A DNA stretch of 46,903 nucleotides from Gammaproteobacteria bacterium (GTDB lineage Bacteria; Pseudomonadota; Gammaproteobacteria; Nitrosococcales; Methylophagaceae). Location: assembly GCA_023488305.1 (NCBI GenBank), contig JAMDEF010000020.1, positions 1 through 46,903 of the forward strand, read 5' to 3'. Both the position numbers and the translations under genes were made by a program. The stretch's first letter is position 1, and each line of letters starts with the position of its first letter. Below are positions 39,172 through 46,903 of this stretch, one piece after another. The notes under the pieces are model-generated. The model searched no databases. It saw only the letters and a program-made list of their open reading frames with translations, and was not told where the DNA came from.

Positions 39172-41142
39172 GTGAAAATAAACCGCAGTTTTGTAAGTCG
39201 GCCGACGATCTTAACGTTGGCAATAACCGCCGCTTTCTCAGGCCAGGCGGTCTGGGCAGCTGAAAATGATAACGTTGCATTGGATGTCGTCAAAGTCACC
39301 GGTCAGTCGATGGCTTTAGATAATAATAGTGTGGATGCAGATCAGATCGAAAAATTGCAGGCTAATGACTTAGCCGATCTATTTCGACACTCTCCTGAAG
39401 TAACCGTAGGTGGCGGTGTGCCAGTTGCGCAGAAACTCTACATCCGCGGTATTGAAGATAAATTGCTCAATGTTTCCATTGATGGTGCCAGCCAGGGAGG
39501 GAGTTTATACCACCATAATGGACGTATCACTATTGAACCTGAATTGCTCAAGAGAGTAGAGGTACATGCCGGTGCAGGTTCAGCGTTAAATGGCCCTGGT
39601 GCTTTGGGTGGTGCGGTTAAATTCATTACCAAAGATCCAACGGATATGCTTAAGCCGGGTAAGGATTTCGGTGCCTTACTCAAGGCGGGATATTTCAGTA
39701 ATACGGACAGTTTTAAAACTAACACCAGTCTGTTTGGCCGAGTATCTGACAGTATCAGTGCCATGGTGTCTTATACCAAAGCCGATATAGATGATTATGA
39801 AGATGGCAGTGGCACCGAACGTGTGGGTACCGGTTCAGATCAGGATTTCTTTTTTGCCAAAGTAGTTGGTGAGATTACCGATAGCCAGACAGTTCGATTA
39901 AGTTACGAAAAGCGGAAAGACGAAGGTGACCGGGCTGCCCGGCCTCAATGGGTTGTTTCGGAAGGTTTTAACGATCTGTATCAAATGGACCTGGAACGGG
40001 AAACTATTACGCTGAATTATGATTTTAATCCGGCTGATAATCCGTGGGTAGATAGCAAGGTAACATTGTTCAATACTGAATCTGAGCTGTATCAGAATGG
40101 GCGTTTTGGTCCTTACTATGGTTTTATCAAAAGCAAGGGAATGGATATACGTAATACTAGTGTGATCGGTATAAATTCCATCACCTATGGTTTTGATTAT
40201 CGTGAAGATGAAACACGTGCCGGTTCTGAAACTAATAGACGTGAAGCCAAAGAAACCGGCAAGGTGAAAGGGATTTATATTCAGGATGATATTCAACTGA
40301 CCGACGCACTGCTTTTATCTGCCGGGCTGCGTTACGACAAATATGAGCTTGAAGATAATAATGGTCTTGAGCTGAATGAAAGCGAACTCAGTCATAACAT
40401 CGGGCTGAATTATGAAGTCACGGACACGGTTAATGTTTTTGCCAGTTATGCCGAAGCTTTTAGAGGGCCGATGGCACAGGATGCATTTAAACTGGATGGC
40501 TGGGCAAAAGATCCAAATCTAAAACCGGAAGATGCTGATAACTCGGAAGTGGGTGTTGCTTATGATAATTCGCGTTTATTTGCTTCAGCTAAACTATACA
40601 AGACCAATATCGATAATCTGATTGCGGATCCAATTGGCAGACCAAACTTGTATGAAAATGTTGGAGATCTGGAGTCAAAAGGTTATGTACTTGAAGCAGG
40701 TTATCGCTGGACTCAGTTACTTGCCAGTTTGAGTTTTCACCATAATAAAGCTGAAGTCGGTGATTTAGATGCCAATGCATACGATCACGGTGGCATTGCC
40801 AACAGTATCGGTAATACCTGGTCGGCTAAAGTGGATTACCAGATTAACAGTTCATGGTCGGTCGGTTGGAATGGACATTTTGTTGAGCGGTTAAAAAATG
40901 TCAAAACATCACAAGGAGACTTGGATAAACCGGGTTATGCCATCCATGACCTGTATGCACAATGGTTGCCCATGCAAAGTCAGGATCTGCGGGTAACCTT
41001 AACGGTCAATAACCTGTTTGATAAAGACTATCTTAACCATGCTACTAACGCAGATTTTAGCCAGTTTACCGGCTTTGAAAATATAATCGGCTTGCCTGAT
41101 CCGGGCCGCGATGTTCGCCTGAGTGTGGCTTGGCAGTTCTAA
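39172..41142 (+). CDS. TonB-dependent siderophore receptor, FetA/FrpB/VctA-like
   Basis: Signal peptide, TonB box LDVVKVTG, plug motifs (AQKLYIRGIED, YHHNG, AGAGSA..GPGALGG), NNLFDKDY, C-terminal Phe; GTG start after GAGG. Confidence 0.92.
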   Translation: MKINRSFVSRPTILTLAITAAFSGQAVWAAENDNVALDVVKVTGQSMALDNNSVDADQIEKLQANDLADLFRHSPEVTVGGGVPVAQKLYIRGIEDKLLNVSIDGASQGGSLYHHNGRITIEPELLKRVEVHAGAGSALNGPGALGGAVKFITKDPTDMLKPGKDFGALLKAGYFSNTDSFKTNTSLFGRVSDSISAMVSYTKADIDDYEDGSGTERVGTGSDQDFFFAKVVGEITDSQTVRLSYEKRKDEGDRAARPQWVVSEGFNDLYQMDLERETITLNYDFNPADNPWVDSKVTLFNTESELYQNGRFGPYYGFIKSKGMDIRNTSVIGINSITYGFDYREDETRAGSETNRREAKETGKVKGIYIQDDIQLTDALLLSAGLRYDKYELEDNNGLELNESELSHNIGLNYEVTDTVNVFASYAEAFRGPMAQDAFKLDGWAKDPNLKPEDADNSEVGVAYDNSRLFASAKLYKTNIDNLIADPIGRPNLYENVGDLESKGYVLEAGYRWTQLLASLSFHHNKAEVGDLDANAYDHGGIANSIGNTWSAKVDYQINSSWSVGWNGHFVERLKNVKTSQGDLDKPGYAIHDLYAQWLPMQSQDLRVTLTVNNLFDKDYLNHATNADFSQFTGFENIIGLPDPGRDVRLSVAWQF

Positions 41143-41185
41143 TTCATCAAGCTGTATCCCCTGAATGAATGCTTGATGAGTTTGG

Positions 41186-41218
41186 GCCGGATGTTGCAAC
41201 GACATCCGGCTTTTTTTT
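41186..41218 (+). terminator. Terminator after the receptor gene
   Basis: GCCGGATGTTG-CAA-CGACATCCGGC followed by T8. Confidence 0.85.
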
Positions 41219-41240
41219 GGATAAATTAACGGAGATAATC

Positions 41241-41522
41241 ATGCTGAATAAAACGGCCAGTATTAAAACCGAACAAGGTCGGCGTTACCTGCAAATGCTA
41301 TGCAAACACTTTAAACACAAGGTATCGGCAGGCTGGGATGAAGACCAAGGATGGGTTGAGTTTGCCATGGGGCGTTGTGAACTGAACTGTACAAATGAGC
41401 TGTTACAGGTTTGCTGTCAGGCAGACAATGCGAAGGACTTGCTGGAAATTACCGACACGGTGAAATCGCATTTTGACCGATTTGCCCAAAAACAGCAGTT
41501 AATCTTGCAATGGTCTAACTGA
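41241..41522 (+). CDS. DUF2218-family protein
   Basis: GGAG SD; RYLQMLCKHFKHK, VEFAMGRCEL, SHFDRFA....L.LQW. Confidence 0.85.
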   Translation: MLNKTASIKTEQGRRYLQMLCKHFKHKVSAGWDEDQGWVEFAMGRCELNCTNELLQVCCQADNAKDLLEITDTVKSHFDRFAQKQQLILQWSN

Positions 41523-41536
41523 CCATTGCAATAGAA

Positions 41537-42367
41537 TTAGCTGGCCAGACGCTGTTGCTCAAAAAAATGTTGTATTTGCTGTGAATCATGCTGCAGCACA
41601 GTGTGAACCGAAGGACCAAACCATTCCAAAGAAGCTTCAATCTTAAAGCTACCGGATAGGGTTTGCAGGAATGATCGATAATCCATTGCCCCCTCAAACA
41701 AGCCCACCATTCCGTGCCGCTCTCCAGCCGGTGAATAGACATTAGTAGGTGCGAACACCGGTAATTGCTGGCTGGAAAGAATGTTTTTAAGATGCATATG
41801 CTGCACATAGGGCAGTAATTTAATGAAAGACTCCTGAGGATTTTCACCTGTTTCCCATAAATGTAATACATCAAAATTGATGGCAAGCGCCTGATGATCT
41901 ACTTCTTTAAGTAATCGTAAGGTGGCGTCAGTATTATCGGCTAACGTTTGTGGATGGGTTTCAATCAGCAATTGAATTCCGTGTTGATGAGTGCGTTCAG
42001 CCAATAAATGCAAACGTTCTGTCCAGCGATGCCGTTCTTCGTCACCAATAGCCTGACTGGACTTTTGTCCGGCAAACGTTCGTAACTTACGACTACCCCA
42101 GCGTTGTGCCAATAGACATAAATTGTCTACTTTTTGATAAGCCTGCTGTAGAGATCCCTGTAGTGGAAGATAGTCACTTATCATTGATACGGACAAGCCG
42201 TAAGTTTTCAGCCATTGAGCATTTAGCTGAGGTTGGTCTGTGAGATTTATAGCATGAATACCCCACAGCTCAATACCATCAAATTGTTGCTGTTGTGCCC
42301 AGCTGGCAATCTCTTCCATAGACGTTAGGTGGTGACGAAAAGATATGGTGCAAAGTGATAAATGCAT
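41537..42367 (-). CDS. asbF: 3-dehydroshikimate dehydratase (3,4-dihydroxybenzoate synthesis)
   Basis: SLCTISFRH, GIELWG, ISDY, RTFAG, ETHP, NFDVLH, HLKN, NVYS, SLEWFG as in Bacillus AsbF. Confidence 0.92.
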   Translation of the reverse strand: MHLSLCTISFRHHLTSMEEIASWAQQQQFDGIELWGIHAINLTDQPQLNAQWLKTYGLSVSMISDYLPLQGSLQQAYQKVDNLCLLAQRWGSRKLRTFAGQKSSQAIGDEERHRWTERLHLLAERTHQHGIQLLIETHPQTLADNTDATLRLLKEVDHQALAINFDVLHLWETGENPQESFIKLLPYVQHMHLKNILSSQQLPVFAPTNVYSPAGERHGMVGLFEGAMDYRSFLQTLSGSFKIEASLEWFGPSVHTVLQHDSQQIQHFFEQQRLAS

Positions 42368-42369
42368 TT

Positions 42370-43365
42370 TCAGATTCCTTCTGCTGTAGTCAGTTCTAAT
42401 GTAGTTTCCGCCCACTGATCGCTGGCGGACCATTGATTGAATACTTGTTGCAATTTATGTTTGATGGTGAATTCTCGTTGATCTTGATCATCGAGTAATT
42501 TGAATATTGTGACTGCCAATGTGGGCTGTTGCGTCATTGCCAGTTTCATGCTGTGATATTGAATTTTGGTATAACCGGTCACCAGTGATTCGATCTGATC
42601 GCACCAGTATTCAAATTCAGCTGCATCCAGTGATAATGCTTCCCAGAAATAAGCAAAAGCATGTTCGTAGGCATATTTGCGTATAGCCATCACTGGAATT
42701 TCCCGCATTGCCTCACTGAGCTGAATCATGGGGAAATCGGAATCATAAAGATGTTTTTCAACAATACGGCGCAGGGCATCGGTAAACGGGTTTTGCTGTA
42801 GCTTGAGACATTGCGCGAAATAGGCTTTCACCGTATCGCTCTCGCTGTGGCGAATATTGACCGTATCGAAATAAAAACCACCGGCCACACTGGGTTGGTT
42901 GATCGCATTGAGAATACGATCTTTAGCTAAAGGACCTTCCCAGCGAAAATCCGGGTCATGCATAAACCATATATCTGGGTCATCGGTAGTTTCCAGCATC
43001 ACGTAGTGTGGAAATGGATTCTGGTTAAATTTGTTTTCCCGTTCGGGTAATTGATACATATCCAGCATGACCATGACATGGCGGTTAGCGGGTTTGTTTT
43101 CTAATAGAGCCAGTAAGATCTGGATATTATCCTGCTTGCTTTGCTGTGACTGATACCATGGAGTGATATCAATGCCGTAAAGTAATTGGTACCAGGTACG
43201 GAAAAACTCGTGTTGGGTATGTTCTGAGTGATAGGTAAGCTGCTGCTGCGGATTCACACTGAAATCAGCATCCCAGACGCCAAAATAAAATGGACGATGA
43301 TCGACACCAGGCGTTTTTTTGATGACCTCACACACACAGCTGACAAAACAATGCACCTTAATCAT
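42370..43365 (-). CDS. asbE: Petrobactin biosynthesis protein AsbE (DHB-spermidine condensation)
   Basis: IKVHCFVSC.CE, RPFYFGVWD, ENKFNQNPFPHYVM, DPDFRWEG, IRKYAYEH; lies between the carrier protein and asbF. Confidence 0.9.
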   Translation of the reverse strand: MIKVHCFVSCVCEVIKKTPGVDHRPFYFGVWDADFSVNPQQQLTYHSEHTQHEFFRTWYQLLYGIDITPWYQSQQSKQDNIQILLALLENKPANRHVMVMLDMYQLPERENKFNQNPFPHYVMLETTDDPDIWFMHDPDFRWEGPLAKDRILNAINQPSVAGGFYFDTVNIRHSESDTVKAYFAQCLKLQQNPFTDALRRIVEKHLYDSDFPMIQLSEAMREIPVMAIRKYAYEHAFAYFWEALSLDAAEFEYWCDQIESLVTGYTKIQYHSMKLAMTQQPTLAVTIFKLLDDQDQREFTIKHKLQQVFNQWSASDQWAETTLELTTAEGI

Positions 43366-43624
43366 GTGCCGGCTCCCGTTGTAATTTAAGCAACAGATCA
43401 GCCAGACTCGCAACGCTTTCAATGGCTTCACCAGATAAGGCCTCATCCGGGACGTGGTAGCCTTTTTCCAGTTCGAGGCTTAACAGTAATTGTAAAAAAA
43501 GCACGGAATCCAGATAGAGATCCTGATTTAACCTTGCTGCTGGATGAAAGTTGTCAACATGAGGTAACTGCATGCTATTCACCAAAACCTGGCGGATATC
43601 TTCAATGACGTCTTCACGGCTCAT
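43358..43624 (-). CDS. asbD: Aryl/acyl carrier protein AsbD
   Basis: 88 aa; RLNQDLYLDSV phosphopantetheine Ser motif. Confidence 0.9.
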   Translation of the reverse strand: MSREDVIEDIRQVLVNSMQLPHVDNFHPAARLNQDLYLDSVLFLQLLLSLELEKGYHVPDEALSGEAIESVASLADLLLKLQREPAHD

Positions 43625-44886
43625 GCTTGCAATAATTCCTTGGATGGTTGTGTTGTCATCGCGGCGAGTTCTCGTCGATTGATTTTGCCGTTAGCTAGTT
43701 TGGGGATGTGTTCCACCTGCTCAATTTCCAGCGGTATCTGATACGGTGAAAGTTCAGTAACGCACCAGTCACGTAATGCTTTGATGCTGATAGTGGAATC
43801 GGCAGTAAATTTCAGGCATACGCGTTCACCGGCAAAGGTATCAGCGCGTTTGTAAACAACGGCTTCCGTGATATCTGGATACTGCAGTAAGACGCTCTCG
43901 ACTTCTTGTGGGTAGACATTGATGCCTGCAACATTAATTGTGTCATCCAATCGTGCAACGAAATGTAAATTGCCTTGCTGGTCAAGGTATCCCAGATCCC
44001 GGGTAAAAATATTCTTAGAAGTTGTTTTAACAATGATCTCTTCTGGCTGCTGTGCATCTGAGCTTGTGTTGAGTTGCAAGTGCGTTAGTGGCTTGCCCAT
44101 ATCTGTCACTGACAGGCAGTTGCTGGTCAATGAAATGCAGCCAGCTTCTGAGCAACCATATTGTTGGAATAAATATTTGGTGCGTGCGGTAATCGTTTTG
44201 AACTGGGTAATCGACATCATCGATCCTGAGCTCATCACCGCGTGAAAGCTTTGTGATGAGGGCATCAGCTTGGCTAATACATCCAGCATGGTCGGAGAAG
44301 AATACAGTAGGCTATTGCTTACTTGCTGCAGCTTTTTTAACACATATTTTGGATTAAGCTCCGTCAAGATAATCGGCTGTTGGCCGCGTTTAAAACTGGC
44401 TAATACGCCGCATAACAAGCCATAGGAATGTGTTACTGGGCAGCAGACAATCACGTTCATTTGCTGAGCATCGTGCAAGGCAATATTGTAATGCTGCAAC
44501 TCTTGATTGATATCCGACCAACTGCGTTCGATACACTTCGGGGCACCAGTTGTACCAGAGCTGAATTGCACTAGCCCGGGAGTGACCGAACTACTGCTGC
44601 TTTCCAATACTTCGATCTGTTCAAAAGTTTGATAAATAAGCAGATGGCTCTCGGCTTGAATCGCTGTACGTCTGGCCGCTGCGATAGGTAATGTGGCAGG
44701 TAAAGGGACGACCGATGCACCACGCTCCTTGAGATATAAAACCAGGGCAATCCACTGCGCCGTATCTTGTAAACACACTGCCAAGCGCCGTCCACGGCAA
44801 TCTCGAACCAATGGAATCGCGTCAAACTGACGGTAATATTGGCCGAATTGTTTATTGTCATAAAAATCTTCATTGATATACATCAT
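43621..44886 (-). CDS. asbC: 3,4-dihydroxybenzoate-AMP ligase AsbC
   Basis: FSSGTTGAPK, THSYGL, QQYGCSEAG, TRDLGY, INVAGINVYP, NGKINR. Confidence 0.9.
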   Translation of the reverse strand: MMYINEDFYDNKQFGQYYRQFDAIPLVRDCRGRRLAVCLQDTAQWIALVLYLKERGASVVPLPATLPIAAARRTAIQAESHLLIYQTFEQIEVLESSSSSVTPGLVQFSSGTTGAPKCIERSWSDINQELQHYNIALHDAQQMNVIVCCPVTHSYGLLCGVLASFKRGQQPIILTELNPKYVLKKLQQVSNSLLYSSPTMLDVLAKLMPSSQSFHAVMSSGSMMSITQFKTITARTKYLFQQYGCSEAGCISLTSNCLSVTDMGKPLTHLQLNTSSDAQQPEEIIVKTTSKNIFTRDLGYLDQQGNLHFVARLDDTINVAGINVYPQEVESVLLQYPDITEAVVYKRADTFAGERVCLKFTADSTISIKALRDWCVTELSPYQIPLEIEQVEHIPKLANGKINRRELAAMTTQPSKELLQA

Positions 44887-46639
44887 GAATTACAGGCTCT
44901 GTTGTTGTTTCAGAAGAATAAAAAGGGTTGGTGATCAGATGATGTGATTCTGCTGCCGAAGGAAAATGTAATTTATGGGTGAGTAGGGACTCAGTGGCGA
45001 TAATCTTTTGTTGAAGATTCAATCTTTCCAACCGGTCCTGATCAGTATTCTGGTTAAGATGATAATGGTTGATCTCGGTTTGCAGTATTTTCCAGAAGCG
45101 GGCTTCGGTAAAGTTATAGTGCTGCAGCAGCAGGTTGGCTAACTCTGCAAGGTTATAAACGAAAAGCGTATCGACAAACAGCTCACGCAAAGCTTCAACA
45201 TTTTCCATCCAGTAATATTGATTGGGTTCAGCTTGCTGATAACAGTCATCCAACGAGAAGAAATCAGGGGCCCATTCAGGATTTCGCAAAAAATCATCCA
45301 CATATTCAACGCTTTCATGGAAATCCCGAGCGGCAATTCTGGTTGGCCAGCCGTTTTGATGCAGCAAGATAAGGTTTTGGGCGTGTGCTTCAATAGCAAT
45401 TCCGTGGTGAATCAACAGATGCCAAACTGGTAATACGCTAGTTTTGAATAATTGTCTTAACCAGCGTTGTAGACCATATTGTTGAATCCAGTCATCAATA
45501 AATAGCTGACCATCTGCTTCACAAACGAGTAAAGCCGTAAAAGGAACGGCAGCTTCTTCAGGATGCAAATGCTGCAGAATATTTTCTCGCCAGATGGCTG
45601 CCACTTGCCCTTGCAGCTCGGTTTCATCTGTCTCCAACAGCATTCCCGCATACTCCTGCAGGATAAGCAGTGGTTGGATTCTGTTTAAATAGTCATCCTG
45701 TTCGACGATGCGTTGCAGCCAGGCTGAAATAACCGGAGCAGTGCATACCGCATGTGGTTCCAAAGTTCTTAAGGAAGAGGTATTGACCATGTTCAGTGGC
45801 AATTTTAGATGTGCTGCTTTAGCCGACTCGACAGGGATAAGCGTTCTCACGGACTGACTGGCACGATAAAGTGGGCCAGCTGCTCCAAGATAGATCAGCT
45901 GACCATTTTCCAGTAATGATTCGAGCATGGTGTGTTGCAAGATTTTCCATTGCCATGGATGGATAGGCATCAGAGCATATTGTGTTGGATCTCCGTCCAG
46001 TAACATCAGACGACCACACAATAGTTGCCAATCTCTGATACCAAGTTCCTGCTGCCAGAATTGGTCTTCTTCAGTCGGCAAATTGCTTTTCAGACAATCA
46101 CGCCTTACGGCTAGCCAATGCACTTGAAAGCATTGACCGGCTTCCGGTCCAAATTGCTGATGATCCTCCAAGGTGAATCCACTACGCGCTCTAAAACAGG
46201 GATGATAGGGATGGCCTTCAGAAAGGGTTTGTTCGAGATCATTGAAAGATAAACCACGCCGATTTGTTGGACTGGGCAGATTTTGCTGGTTCCACGCAGA
46301 GAGTTTGATGGTCTGCTGCAACTCGTGTGTCAGTCGTGTTATCGCAAGTCGACTGGCTGGGAGTTGTTTAAGCAAAAGTTCAAGACTAATTGCACTGTTT
46401 GCTAAGGAGTCAGCGTTAATATGAATACGGTCAAATCCACCGAGACTGCCTTTAAGTTGGAATGTTTTTGTAGCTATCTGCAGATCGATAATCAGCTGAT
46501 CACAAATGCCATTCGCCGATTTACTAAATGTTAATAATCCCTCGAATAGCATGGCTTCCAGCAGCTGGCGTGTCACTCGCAGCACACTACCTTGCAAGAC
46601 TTCAGGCTGAGATTGATAACAAACGGTCGGCATATTCAA
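44870..46639 (-). CDS. asbB: NRPS-independent siderophore synthetase AsbB (IucA/IucC family)
   Basis: EGHPYHPCFRARSGF, PIHPWQW, SQSVRTL, KLPLNMVNTSSLR, EAHAQN, RDFHES. Confidence 0.9.
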   Translation of the reverse strand: MNMPTVCYQSQPEVLQGSVLRVTRQLLEAMLFEGLLTFSKSANGICDQLIIDLQIATKTFQLKGSLGGFDRIHINADSLANSAISLELLLKQLPASRLAITRLTHELQQTIKLSAWNQQNLPSPTNRRGLSFNDLEQTLSEGHPYHPCFRARSGFTLEDHQQFGPEAGQCFQVHWLAVRRDCLKSNLPTEEDQFWQQELGIRDWQLLCGRLMLLDGDPTQYALMPIHPWQWKILQHTMLESLLENGQLIYLGAAGPLYRASQSVRTLIPVESAKAAHLKLPLNMVNTSSLRTLEPHAVCTAPVISAWLQRIVEQDDYLNRIQPLLILQEYAGMLLETDETELQGQVAAIWRENILQHLHPEEAAVPFTALLVCEADGQLFIDDWIQQYGLQRWLRQLFKTSVLPVWHLLIHHGIAIEAHAQNLILLHQNGWPTRIAARDFHESVEYVDDFLRNPEWAPDFFSLDDCYQQAEPNQYYWMENVEALRELFVDTLFVYNLAELANLLLQHYNFTEARFWKILQTEINHYHLNQNTDQDRLERLNLQQKIIATESLLTHKLHFPSAAESHHLITNPFYSSETTTEPVIHDVYQ

Positions 46640-46903
46640 CAGATTGAGTAGTAATAAAAAAAGGATTTTTGATACTGATGTAGACGGCTTGTTCTTTTTC
46701 CGCGGTCAGTTCATCCACATCATGAACCCGGGTCAGCAAGTTGGCCTTACACGGCAGCATTGTTGTGGTTAACAGGCGCTCGATTAATCGATAACCCGCT
46801 TTGTGAAATTGTTGTTGCAGTAAAAGCAATTTTTGGCGGCTCAGTTCCACCAGGCAAGCTTCAGTCAATAAACCATCAGCACCAAAGCGGTGAATAATCG
46901 CCA
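46602..46903 (-). CDS. asbA: NRPS-independent siderophore synthetase AsbA (C-terminal part; gene starts beyond the window)
   Basis: Frame open to the window edge (AIIHRFGADGLLTE...); CKANLLTRVHDVDEL...QAVY..I.NP C-terminal signature; directly upstream of asbB. Confidence 0.82.
   Translation of the reverse strand, partial: AIIHRFGADGLLTEACLVELSRQKLLLLQQQFHKAGYRLIERLLTTTMLPCKANLLTRVHDVDELTAEKEQAVYISIKNPFFITTQSVEYADRLLSISA

Noticed and set aside
36812-46903. Mobile element carrying the iron genes
   Set aside because: No integrase, transposase, tRNA or terminal repeat is visible in the window

Overview
Gammaproteobacterial chromosome segment, mostly core genes, with an iron-acquisition block at the right end. 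Gene content is compatible with a Methylophaga/Thiotrichales-like marine bacterium (inference, not verified). Left to right: 3' end of rpsA, ihfB and an Mth938-like gene; a cbb3 oxidase locus (FNR-type box, ccoNOQP, an unannotated 39-aa single-TM ORF, terminator, ccoGHIS); an orphan class I periplasmic binding protein plus a membrane HAMP-PAS-PAS-GGDEF-EAL protein; hypothetical-dtd-pip (minus strand); sucCD-nadE-glnB; bamD; an L,D-transpeptidase convergent with an Lpp/OprI-type lipoprotein; suhB-typA; PP0621-pilS-pilR; ygfZ, ygfX (no sdhE) and nadB; rpoE-rseA-rseB-rseC (in-frame TGA)-degP/mucD. The right end holds a Fur-boxed PfeR/PfeS-like two-component system, a FetA/VctA-like TonB-dependent receptor and DUF2218, convergent with a petrobactin-type cluster asb(A)BCDEF cut by the window edge. 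Best candidates for something undescribed: (1) the binding protein + TorS-like-sensor c-di-GMP module appended to ccoGHIS; (2) the CcoM-like microprotein inside the cco operon; (3) a two-component/receptor module apparently dedicated to the cell's own petrobactin. No rRNA, tRNA, CRISPR or mobile element was seen. Family assignments rest on recognised motifs and recalled sequences; no database search was run.
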